A DNA stretch of 64,000 nucleotides from Laetmonice hystrix (lineage: Eukaryota), in assembly GCA_965235115.1 (NCBI GenBank), contig OZ249436.1, positions 6,388,001 through 6,452,000 on the forward strand, in the 5' to 3' direction. The notes beneath the pieces are model-generated. The model did no database searches and was not told the origin of the DNA. It saw only the letters and a list, made by a program, of their open reading frames with translations. The translations under genes were made by a program, and so were the position numbers. Shown in pieces: positions 36,801 to 49,400 of the stretch (the first letter of the stretch is position 1; each line of letters opens with the position of its first letter).

Positions 36801-39670
36801 CACGAGAAACCAACCAACTCTCCGAACACGTCACCATACAGTTACGTCACAACGTGGTAAAGTACATACATAATCATCAAAGCCATCACCTAATCCATAG
36901 AGGTATATCTTTAATTAATTCAACTTTAAATAGGCTTCCAACTCCTCAATGTGGTATATATTGTAGGCAACGTTTGACATTTTGTCCTTACAGGTTCCCG
37001 AGGCGCCCTCTGGCTGTGTGTTCTGGGACTTCTCTCTGGCCGGCGGGCAGGGTGGCTGGTCTAACCAAGGCTGTAGAAACGTTAATCAAACTATTTACTC
37101 GACCATCTGTCAGTGTGACCACCTCACCAATTTCGCCCTTCTTTTGGTAGGTATACCAAATTACGAATTATGGATGCTGTTGGTTGGGCCCATTTAAAAT
37201 AGAATCGAAGTGAGCCTTGAGAAAATAGGCGATGACATAAGATCAATGCATGGGCAGATGCGCCCCGCCCTCTGGGTCCGCCCATAGACCCACATATTAC
37301 CTGTATACTGGTCTAATATATGCAGATATAGGCCCACCTCTACTCTGTTTTTGGTACTCATTCATACGATGTATGATATTGCCGTAGGATGTCGAGGTAA
37401 GGATGGGAGAAACGGCCGTAGCCGTAACGCAGGGTCTCACCTATGTGTCTTACATCGGCTGTGGTCTGTCCATCATCGGCCTCCTGGCAGTTTTAATAAC
37501 ACACCTGGTTTTCGGGTAAGGCAGGTTTAGGCGCCTATGTACCTCACCAGAAAACTCCGAAAGTTAAGAAATCTGGAGCCTTAAGCTACATCGTCATCGT
37601 AGTCTTCTCCTCCTTTTGATTTTCCTGTCGGAGGTCATGAGTTCTTGTAAAGAAGTAACTCCAGCGGTAAATTGCAGGAAGTTTCGTCGCCAGCCGTCAA
37701 TTCGGATACTTTTACATTTGTGCGTGGCACTGCTTGGACTGTGTATTGGGTTTATCGTGATAGCTAACGTTGAAGGCAATATCATATGCAAGGTAAGTGG
37801 CCAGCCTAGAGACCTCCTAGCTGCTGAAACACTGCTCAATTCCTCTCCCTGATGAACTCGGGGCAAACACTGAGTAAACGCTGGGGGAATTGAAGAGGGC
37901 CTGTTTTGGGGACCTGCCGAAGTTGCTTGATTCTACTTCTGTCACTGCTAAGTAGTTCTGCAGTAGGCCTACGTTACTCGGAATACTTCAGTGCTAACAG
38001 TAGTTCTGTGGTATGCCTACCGTTACTCGGTTTTCTTACACAAGGTATCCGCTGCTGTGACTCACTTTTTCCTGCTGGCAACCTTCACGTGGATGGTGGT
38101 TGGAGCATATCACCTCTTCAGGAGTATCGTCATCATCGACATTGGCCTCGACCAAGGCAGATTTGTCCTCAAGAGCTCTTTTATCGCCTGGGGCAAGTTG
38201 TACACATCCTCATCATTGATGGGTTTTGTTTTTGTGCCTAGAAAAGTATAACTTTCCTTTGTATATAAATATAGGCCACGAACAAAGTTGGCCTAAATAT
38301 ATATATCGAACCCAATCTACTTAAAATTAAATATTGGTATTTCGCGTCTCTCTCGGCTGTGCCAGTGCGGTCTACGCTTCATACCTAGTGTGGGGCGCAT
38401 GCGAAATAACTTATCAAATTTTAATTAGATTGATATCAAGTCATTCTGTTTAATGTTAGTTTACTTACCATTTTGTTTGGTACACGTACATAGGCCTACC
38501 TGGTTATAAACAAGTTCTGGCAGGGGAGCGTGTCCTTACGTCTCCTCATTCATTAGATGTAAGTTGCCCTTTTGATTTTTGCTGTAAGAAAATCGGTAGG
38601 GCCTATATCTGTGTTCCATTTCAGGCTTGCCGGTTCTGGTTGTTATAGCGACTGGCGCAAGTCGTTCCGATAATTATGGGGCGCAGGCTCTCGGCATGTG
38701 AGTTACTTTGTTACCTCAGTCTTACTACGATTTATTAAGTGGCTGTGATTTTTACTATTTCAAAACTGGAAGCATTCTCCTCCAGATCACTTGGTCCTGT
38801 GTGTCAATGTCCTCATCACTTGGTCCTGTGTGTCAATGTCCTCATCACTTGGTCCTGTGTGTCAATGTCCTCATCACTTGGTCCTGTGTGTCAATGTCCT
38901 CATCACTTGGTCCTGTGTGTCAATGTCCTCATCACTTGGTCCTGTGTGTCAATGTCCTCATCACTTGGTCCTGTGTGTCAATGTCCTCTTGTAGATGCTG
39001 GTTGTCACGGATACCATTATACGCGGCGTGTCTGGCTCCTGCTGCACTTACACTTCTCATCAACTTCGCCATATTTATCGCCATCATTGTCCGTCAATGT
39101 ACCCAGAAGAAACGGTTCAGCGGTGACATGAGCTCCTCCTCCAGTCGTAGGATGGGACTCAAAGGTTACATGACGGTAACCGTCTTACTCGGCCTCACCT
39201 GGCTATTCGCTTTCTTCAGCTTTGGAGGAGCCTCGGATGTGTTCGACTTTTTGTTTGTTATTTTCAACAGTCTACAAGGCCTGTTCATTAGTTTTACACA
39301 GTGCTTTCTCAGGAAAGACGTCAGGGATGCATGGAAGGCTCTCTGCTGTAAACCTCCTAGAAGGCCATCGACAAAGGTCAGTGTTGTAGAGAAGTTAAAA
39401 AAGAAACCTTCGATTCTGCCCACCTTACTGTGTTTTAAGCTGATTTGGCTAAAGGCCCCGATCACTTTAATTTGAATCGGCCTTACATTTTTATAGTCTT
39501 CTCATTTCATATCGTGACAACAGTCTCCAAAGGAAGAAACTGATTTCGACGCAGGCGGGACAGGACGACAGCAGTCCACAGACGAGCTATCCGATATTGA
39601 CGAGGAAGTAGGCAGTATCTCGTCGTCCATGCACACGCCGACAGAGCTTGTCAGTTCCAATGACACTTAA
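27836..39670 (+). CDS. Adhesion GPCR with LRR-NT, 8 LRRs, GAIN/GPS domain and secretin-like 7TM
   Basis: Exons 27836-27996 (signal, VDCSQRRLKEIP), seven 72-nt LRR exons (28120, 28348, 28628, 28924, 29960, 30640, 30869 starts), 31120-31188, 33820-33899, 34356-34403, 34691-34895, 35485-35659, 36229-36387, 36731-36856, 36994-37146 (CVFWD..GGWSNQGC..CQCDHLTNFALLL), 37388-37515, 37678-37792, 38045-38192, 38625-38697, 38995-39376 (LLGLTWLF..FNSLQGLFI), 39524-39670. Phases fit; the LRR-CT exon choice and the last acceptor are uncertain. Confidence 0.88.
29207..29813. repeat. Intronic minisatellite, 41 bp x about 15
   Basis: Unit CCACAATACATCGTGTTTCTACAGTATCACAGTTTATTAAA. Confidence 0.95.
30110..30311. 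mobile_element. MITE with about 23-bp inverted ends
   Basis: GCTAAGCAGGGCTACGGTGGCCC ... GGGCTGCCGTAGCCCTGCTTAGC. Confidence 0.55.
31503..31673. mobile_element. Nested Harbinger-like MITE with CAG TSD
   Basis: GGGTCCGTTCCACTAA...TTAGTGGAACGGACCC flanked by CAG on both sides; AAAGACGTCTTT palindromes inside. Confidence 0.75.
31939..33404. mobile_element. Tandem/nested cluster of one Harbinger-like MITE family
   Basis: TIR AGCGGTGTTTCCATTAACGCGGCTGCGG...; units 32002-32470, 32474-32735, 32802-33248, 33252-33404 plus extra TIRs at 31939-32000 and 32737-32798, joined by single TTA/TAA triplets. Confidence 0.8.
35924..36075. mobile_element. Fold-back palindromic MITE derivative (152 bp)
   Basis: 76-bp arms with 3 mismatches and no spacer, centre GAGTC|GACTC; the same end (CCAAAAAACCGGGCCCT) occurs at about 52087-52104. 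Confidence 0.75.
38786..38988. repeat. Minisatellite, 29 bp x 7, abutting a 3' splice site
   Basis: ATCACTTGGTCCTGTGTGTCAATGTCCTC x7 followed by TTGTAG|exon 38995. Confidence 0.95.
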
Positions 39671-42600
39671 CCATGTAGAGCATTTTTTATCGACTGTGTT
39701 GACAGTCGAAAGGCCAGGGAGAGAAAAGCCTTGAATTGTGTTTGGAAGGAAAGAACGTACCCGTGCCATGGCTTGAGAGGCATAGGCTTTAGTATGGCAA
39801 GGTAGACACCTTACTAGTAGTCTATACAGAGGAGTACAGCCGTTTCCCAAGTCATTAATATGAACTACAGAGAACACCAGTCCTGTTCAGCCTTGCTCCC
39901 GTTCCACTAAAAACCCGGTGATTTCAGTCCGATTATAACGGTGATGGATCTCAAATAGCAAAACGTTTTAAAAATAGGTCCTATACAAAGGACTGACATC
40001 AACGGTCCAACGCGCGCGATTGTTTAAGTGAGGGTGAGGCTTTTCTTGCTGACTTTTAGTCACGACCCTCAAGTTAGGCCATTTGTGTACCAGTTACATA
40101 TACCTGGGGACATGAGGGGACGAGGGAGAGGACTAGTTACTTGTAAGAGGGTAAGGGAGAGCGAATTGTATGCGGCCTGGTTTCTACCGATACTTGGTAA
40201 AGGAAAAAGACAGGGTACTGTGACAAGAAATGTAGGAAGACCTTCAGTCCCCTCCTGTAAAGGCTTGTAAAGGACGAAGGTTGGGCCTTCACTTATCAGG
40301 TCCGGCGGAGGCCCAATCGGCTGGCCGCTTCGTGAAATCTCGTGCCCAACGAAATGTCACGGAGAATTGACGGCGTGAAGTTCGTGAATTTCTAGCCAAG
40401 ATGGCGTGCAATGGGCCCCGTCCGGTATGAAAAATTACCGAAATGTGCCGAAATATAAATAAGAATTACCGAAATCTACCGAAATATAAATAAGGATCTA
40501 CTGGAATCTATACCGAAATCGACCGCCAAACGGGTGTGACTAATTACCGAAGTCGGAAATCGATCTCTACCTACTGAAATCGACCCCAATCGTAATGGAA
40601 GCAGCGTGTATAGATTTCGGTAATTGGTCAATTATTGAAATAAAATATTTCTCACCTTAATTTAAGGATAGAAATGCAGAGATAGAGACATACTATTAGG
40701 CTAGCGATTAAAATGGTCAAAGTATGCTACATCATGTTCCTTCAATGACATAGGGCAAGGAACCGTGGATCGCTGTGGTCTGGTAAGTATCTTTGCTGAA
40801 ACTGGCCGACCTTGACCTTATCAAGGCGTATGCGAGGTGAATCTGTGAAGCACGATATCATTCGAGTGGCTGCACTGCGTTAAGTAACTTTTCAGAAACT
40901 AGGTCACTACACAGATGAAACTTTACTTCAAAAAAACGGCCAGTCGAATGGGCCTAATGATAAATCGATGTGAGCCCTAGTGTAAAGAACTGGAGAAGTC
41001 TAGTCATGAGTGATTGTGTGTGGGGACATCTGCTCTCGGAGTTGGGTGGACATCTGGACGTTGATGCTAGCAGAAAACGTGCACCCTCTGTGGGACCGGC
41101 CATGGTTGGTCGATGGCGAAAATAACGGGTCAGAAACAATCTGTGCCCGTCTTTCAACATACGTATACGCTGCCTTGGCCTCTCAACGAACCAATTCAAA
41201 CACCCGCTGATCTTGTTTCCTTGTTTTTATTGCAGGTATGCCCTTTTTATCCGGTGACTGAACGTATTTCTAGCTCCATTATAGTATTGCATGACAGTTC
41301 ACTGATCACATTTTTTATGACATACGAAATAATATCTACTATGTGAACATATCACACGCAAATATGTGTTCTCCGAAATGCTATATAAGCAGAGTAGGCC
41401 TATAGAGTATACGGACGGCGTATCGACAGAATGTCTAACCAGAATGAAACGTGTATTTATGCCTGACTTATTATTACTATTACAAATGTATATGTGCCTG
41501 TATGCAATAAGATATTTTTAATCCATAAGTCTATACGTGTACATGCGACTATTTTTGGCCAGCCACTGACATTTTCTCTCTAATCAAAATATACTAACTC
41601 TAAAAAGGACAGTACATTTAGTTTTACAGTGAAATATTCCGTACAAAAGGTTAAAACTGATCCCTCGGTACTACTTCTAAATATACGGGGCGGCCCGAAT
41701 ATTACGCTGGTAAACATCTTTAAATTTGTTATTTTATGAACGCATCTTTCATATAGGTTTTTGTATCAAAGATTTTTGTTTTATCAAACAGACTATATAT
41801 TTTTACTGAAACACAATACTGACGTATGAAATATTGCTTTTTAAGTCTTCACAACAAGGAGACACATCCAACACATATTTATACAAAAGTCGCCTTCTGA
41901 AATTGTATAATGACCTGGACAATACAAAATGTAAGCAATGGACCTAATTTGCTACAATTATTTTAGATTTGGCCAGTTTATACAATGAGGCAAGTCAGGA
42001 AAACATAATGGTAGCGCTGCTACTATCAACTCCTTCAACATGTACAAACTTGTAACAAAGTGATAGAAGATCCCGACGCCTAATAGAAATCACTAATCAT
42101 GAGTAAATTTAACCTCCGTTCCCTCACTGACATACTTGTATGTTCTCTATAACTGTCTCTCGACATATTAATCACACACGTATGTCTGATCTAAGTCTAA
42201 CCAGTTCAAATTGTCAATGTCACCTTCAGCTCGAGGCCAGCCTCTGTCTCGCTCATAACCTACCCCCACCCCTCCCACCGTTACTCCACTCTTACTGCAA
42301 TGTAGTGGTAATCTCTGTCATGCCCAGTGAGTAGCAGATGCAATAAACATGTATGAGCAACAACAAAATATTTAAATATTTGATGAAGCAGGATGCGCCT
42401 TTACAACTCGGCTCCTGGTTTGGCTAATTTCAATTTATAAATTATTGACCTTTGCAAAAATTACAAGACGATTTTCTATGCAAGTTTTAGTTACCGAAGT
42501 AACGATATACTCTCCTATCCTTGGCTTCTTATTAATCAACTTAATACACATGAAAACGTTCATGTAATGCCACGGTAAAACCGTTCAACCGTTCCTTGGC

Positions 42601-43481
42601 CAGCTAAGTACCTACGGCTGTAGGCAATGCTTATAAGTAAATCTTTCATAAGTTATCTGCTAAACATGATTACATGGAATGTTCCTATAACCATAATTCC
42701 CATAACATACAAGGCTACTACTACTTTTACCGCGGAGTTATACTGAGGAGTTTTAAGACCGTCAAACTAGGGTCTGGCACCACCAGAGCCACAAACCTCC
42801 TGTGGTGCACCATGGCTGAATAAAAACTATATAAGTACATCTGCCATAAAATAACACCATATAGAGCAAAGGTTGAGCTACCTAACCCTCCTAAACTTGA
42901 CATATTTTCTATAACCATGACGAATCATTTTTACTGTGTATGTGTACTGCCTTCTGTTCCCTTGATATGTGATCTGTAAATTCGTACTCAAATAAATCAA
43001 CTTTCCCTTAACCTGGTAAGATACTTGGTTCACATTACTTGGGTATGTCATATTTAAAGAGTGCACGCGTACGTTAAAATGGATAAAATCGTTTCTGTAG
43101 ATTTCATAATCTTTTGTTCACGTTACCGTATTTATATATGAAGCCCATATGAACATCGTTCAGGTTATAACTCAGACCTTCTCCGCCCTCTCACAAAATG
43201 ATACAGATTGTCCCACCGAAATCATACAATGGCAGGTTTCATGATCATATCTCTAAGACTGATAATGTCTTAAAACGTGCTCTAGTTTTTTTGCAAAGCT
43301 ATGTATGAAGCTGTAAAGACTACTACCAACGTGTCAACGCTACTGACTTAGAAGCTAGATTACAGTCAAGACAAAAAAAACATATTTTAACATAACGTAC
43401 ATATGAACATTATTGCATGAAATTGTCTTTCTTTGGCCCGATTTACTCTGCTTGCACTATGTTTGGGCAAAATGTGTCCAA

Positions 43482-46400
43482 TTAGATTGCAATGAAAACG
43501 CCTTTCAGATAGAGTGCTATCGATACAATGAGCCAGAGGGCAGCACCATACATGTTCATGGCCAGCAATGTAGCATGGTTGGACGCCACGTGAAACTGGA
43601 TCGGGAAACACCGGTGTAGGAATTCATGACCCAGGTATACGAGGATAGAGTTCATACCTGTAATATAAGATTGCACAATTTCTGATTCTCACCGTACAAA
43701 ATATTCTTACTCCCCTCAGAGATTATATTTTAATAGAACAAAATCTATACCAAAGTTACTTACATGTTTTAAATAATGCTTGTCCCTATGCTGAATATTG
43801 ACTAGAAACCATTGTCTTGTAACTAACCTGGGTAGAAGAAAGGAGTTCCGCTCCAGACGTGCCACACATCACAGAGTAGGAAACAGACAATGAGTAAGAC
43901 GAACGCCATGCTCGCCAGGGCCAGGATGAAAGACACCGACCTGATAACACAAGGTCATCCAAAATCAAGTCAGGCTACCTCAAAAAAATAGGTGGGTTTT
44001 TTCACTGAAATAATTGAGATGTTGAATTCTTGAATGAAAAATTTGGAAAAGGACACTAAGTTTTATAGACCTACACCTTGGGAATTCAGATGTTAGAATA
44101 TGATAAAATTATGCACAATATCAATCTAACGACAGGATACTTACCACAAGTTTTTATTGACAGGGATCCACCCATCATTCTGGGAGAACTTACACAGGAC
44201 CCCTGCCACAAGACCCTACAAAAGGTACACATTTAAAATACATTACATGTTGTAATACAACGGGCAGGATTTCAAGGGTCAGGCATTGAAGATCATTCAC
44301 ATTACATCTGCTTCCCAAAAGTTCAGATTTACAAACTTGTCAAGGACAAACTTCCACTTGACTTTATTATACACAACTTATCACTACACTCACTAAGGTT
44401 TGCCTGATAAGCTATAAACACTAGGAGGTGATTTTTCTAACATGACCAATCTTGACAATTATACTGACAGTGATTAATGCCCACACGAGCCATCGACTGA
44501 GACGAGATACTGTGCCCTGGTATGTGGTGAATATCTTTCCAGCCTGAAGGAATAAAAAATAGATTAATAAATTATTGATATGTGGGCTGTCAGTCCCTCC
44601 AAACTGTAATATGTCTATAAATCTATAACGCACGGACATGAAATTATGGTTTTCTAATCCTTCACACCTGGAAGCACTTCATCAATTCATGTACAACTGA
44701 AACTAAAAGTTTGATATTCTTTATGCAGCCTTTGACTTATTCTAGTCTCCTCTGGAACATGAGCAGGTATGTACTGATGGTCAACATCAGTCCTGATCAC
44801 AAGGTATTCTATGAGGAGATCTACCAGTTGTCATACCTGCAAACCCAGGAAACAAATGAAGATAGAAGTCAATGTTCCAAGAGTTCCCTCTGGATCATAT
44901 GGAGTTTCAGTCAGATATATTTTCTGGAAACAAATCACTCATCACATCATTATCATCATCATCATTATCGCCATTATCATCATATAGCTGCTATACAAGT
45001 GTACTGTTACACAGTAGATGTGAGGTGTCACAGTGTGGGGAATTACAAGTTCGATCAATCTCAGTCTTTCCACTAACAAGATCCTATGAAGAACAGGGTG
45101 ATAGAAAAGGTTCCCCACTACAGATAGCTGGTGACCTGTACTTACCCTACAGGTGGGGGTTTTATAGATGTGGCTGTCACCGAACAACACCCTGTCTATG
45201 TACCCTGCTGCCCCGCCAGTACAGTTCCAGTGGCTGCCATTCTCATGAAGTCCTCCAGGTCCTAGGTAACCCCTGCCAGGTCAAACAATCAATCATATAC
45301 AGTCCTCCAGGTCCTAGGTAACCCCTGCCAGGTCAAACAATCAATCATATTGAGTCCTCCAGGTCCTAGGTAACCCCTGCCAGGTCAAACAATCAATAAT
45401 ATTGGAGTCCTCCAGGTCCTAGGTAACCCCTGCCAGGTCAAACAATCAATCATATTGAGTCCTCCAGGTCCTAGGTAACCCCTGCCAGGTCAAACAATCA
45501 ATCATATACAGTCCTCCCGGTCCTAGGTAACCCCTGCCAGGTCAAACAATCAATCATATTGAGTCCTCCAGGTCCTAGGTAACCCCTGCCAGGTCAAACA
45601 ATCAATCATATTGAGTCCTCCCAGCCCTAGGTAACCCCTGCCAGGTCAAACAATCAATCACATTGAGTCCTCCAGGTCCTAGGTAACCCCTGCCAGGTCA
45701 AACAATCAATCATATTGAGTCCTCCAGGTCCTAGGTAACCCCTGCCAGGTCAAATTTCATATCAAATCATATCATTTCATAAGTTTCATATCAACCTTAC
45801 CTTGGACAGTTAGGAGTTTCATATCACCCTTACCTTGGACAGTTGGGAGTTTCATATCAACCTTACCTTGGTCAGTTAGGAGTTTCATATCACCCTTACC
45901 TTGGACAGTTGGGAGTTTCATATCACCCTTACCTTGGTCAGTTGGGAGTTTCATCAACCTTACCTTGGACAGTTAGCAGTTTCACATCACACTTACCTTA
46001 GACAGTTGGGAGTTTCATATCACCCTTACCTTGGTCAGTTAGCAGTTTCATATCACCCTTACCTTGGTCAGTTGGGAGTTTCATATCACCCTTACCTTGG
46101 TCAGTTGGGAGTTTCATATCACCCTTACCTTGGTCAGTTGGGAGTTTCATATCACCCTTACCTTGGTCAGTTAGGAGTTTCACATCACACTTACCTTGGA
46201 CAGTTAGGGACTGGCAGTAAGAATGTCAGGAAACAGTGGATTGCAAGAATTGACAAAGCAACAAGCCACTCGGCCCAGGATGATAGGACATCTCGTACTG
46301 GTGCCCACCACTTAGCCTGTATCAAACCAATACCAAGAATATTACATTATCAGCCCAAGTATACTATCACTCAAATCGGACTGTACTTACTAGGAGACGA

Positions 46401-49400
46401 ACAGATTACAGATTCTCATATAATGTTGACCAGAAAACTTACCTGATGGTAATCTGCAGCCTGAGCGAAGGCTACCTCCAGCATTGCAATCACAAAGTAG
46501 GACACAGCCAGCCGCTGTAGTACTCCTGGCACACGCAACTCATGGATGTTCACCAAAGCTGGATGGGTTGAAGTGAATGAATCATTTTACTATGTCAGAA
46601 AAGATCATATCAATATGGAGACCTCTTTCTTCCAATTCAAACTTTCTCAAATCGTACTGTTGTTTATGTAATTTTCTTAAATTCCTTCACTTGGACGACA
46701 GAGACAATACGTTGGTTCACAGTAAGCTACCTTTACTGCCCATGTTGCTGATCATGATTCCAAATCCAAAGAGAATGACTGTCCTCCTGATGACCTTCAA
46801 GGCCAGCTGGTGTCTCTGGAAACCTCGCCGCAGGAGGCTCCTGAACGCCAGTGCGATCGACGTACCCATGATGAAGGTGAACCTCAACAACACAACACCA
46901 TCCTAACTACACACATCTGAGATACAAACTGGGCAATTTAACTAAACAATCTCTCCGCAATTTTCTGAGTACTTCCTTTACTTAATAAATAAATAAAATT
47001 AATGCTCTCTTTGATGTGTGATGATACGCTATTTATAAACACAGCATGATGATTGTTTCAAGGTTTATAGATGCTTGTTAAAATCTCACCACGGGAAAAC
47101 CAGGTCGGCCACAGTCAGTCCGTTCCATGGAGAGTGTTTGAAGAACCAGTAACTCCCACCACCATAATTGACAAAGATCATGATCAGCAAGCACAATCTG
47201 GCAAAGACAAAGGCGTAAGTCTCAGGCATAATATGGGAATCAAAGATAAAGGGGTAAGTCTCAGGCATAATATGGGAATCAAAGATAAAGGGGTAAGTCT
47301 CAGGCATAATATGGGAATCAAAGATAAAGGGGTAAGTCTCAGGCATAATATGGGAATCAAAGACAAAGGGGTAAGTCTCAGGCATAATATGGGAATCAAA
47401 GACAAAGGGGTAAGTCTCGGGCATAATATGGGAATCAAAGATAAAGGGGTAAGTCTCAGGCATAATATGGGAATCAAAGATAAAGGGGTAAGTCTCAGGC
47501 ATAATATGGGAATCAAAGACAAAGGGGTAAGTCTCAGGCATAATATGGGAATCAAAGACAACATTCTGCAATGATCACATGGCAGACATACTGTGTATGA
47601 GTACAATAAGTGTTTCCCGACACTCACCCTCTGAAAGTATCCACTGAGCGAAGTCGAGGTTTGGTGATTAGAACAGGCCGGTCACCACCAGAGTGCCCTG
47701 GCTGTGTATCCTCTTGCCCAGAATGGGTCGTTCCAAGATCCTGATTCAATGGCATGATAGAATTATACAGCCCTATGTATTAAGACTGGAAGCTTTTGAC
47801 TAATACATGCACAATTATTATTGATTGAATAAAATTCTTCTTTTTTTATTTTTTATTCATTACAAAACTGTTCTTCTAAGACATACATGTATATGCCCAA
47901 TAAACCTCACTATTAAGTTATTGTTAAGGAGATGCTTGGCAAAGTTCTTGATTCCACTACCCCCTGCAGATATAACTCACTGAGTCAATAAGTCCTTCAG
48001 TGTTACGGCACTGCAGTAGACGTCGTAAAAGTTTCCTCCTACAGAACACAATGTGTACTAATATTATAAAGTGCTGTTTCAAACACATGTCTCATCTCGA
48101 AAGATTAAAAAGAAACACACCCAGACACACACCCTTGTTGGCAGTGAGGAAATCAGTTATCCATACTTCCAGCACTAGGATAACATTTACTGACGGTACA
48201 AACCTCTTTACTTCAGGTTTGTGCGGTCTGTATATAATAAAATCTACTGTTAAAGCATCATACATTATACCAGTACTTTGTCAGGGCTTGGAGTCGGTAG
48301 AGCTCACTGTCACATTCAGTTCATACCTGTGTATTTGATATGCAGCCGTCCAAACCACAGAGAGAAGAATAATAAGACCTATTGCCACATAGATAGCTGC
48401 AATATCAATATTAGCATGAGAAGCAGAGTTTTCACCAGAAATATAGGAAAGCATTGTATTTAGACCCACCTCCCCTTTAGCTCACCATATCCTCCTACTC
48501 ATACATCTAGATTATTAATAATAGAGCGGTCAGTTTAACAGCCACCTCGCCAATCTTTCTGGGAAGGCTTCCTTGGTCACTTCCCACTAGTAGAATGACG
48601 GAATCTAAGGTGAATCTGCCTATCTTCCTCCATAAGGTAAGCTGACCATTTCCTAAACATAGCACCCAAAAATTTAAGTGTCCTCTTATGCCATTACACT
48701 TTAATGGGAACCCTGAGACATCATTTTTTGACATTTAGAGTACTCACTAGTCTTGATTATGATAAGTGCTACATTTCAATCTGTTTACAAAATTGTAGAT
48801 TATGGCTTGCAATTACACAATGGTACTTACGTAAAAAGGAATCAGTCGGAGGTTTGATGGGAACAAAAACACAGGTGTAACTAATCACCTTGGAAACCAC
48901 CAACTGATATTGACCATACTCTCCAAAATGGTAGTCAACACTGAAAGCATAGCATCATCCAAGAAGTTGTATTATCATGCTACTGTTTTCGACTTGTTTT
49001 TAACAGTTTGACAAACATGCAAATTTATAATAATAATTATGCTCCGATATTTTACATAGATCAGTAACTTAGTATTCTAACATCTCTTTTCATATGAAAT
49101 TAAGCTAACTTATATTATTTTTTCATAATTTACCATTAACAATCTACACAGATCATTACTGATAAACTTTTGTACCTGCATATGTTTTCATATGACGTCT
49201 CGTTCCTTTGGTGCACTACGTACATGTTGGTATGCCACCTCGTGTCTACCTGAGCAAGTCCCGTACTGTTTGGTTGTACGGTCATAAGTCTAACCGGTGG
49301 ACACTGTTGGAGAGCACAAACACAGACAGATAGAATTTTTTTCCGTACTGGCATATTTCATGGCAACGTTACCACTGGGGGTCTACTGGGGGGGGGGCAG

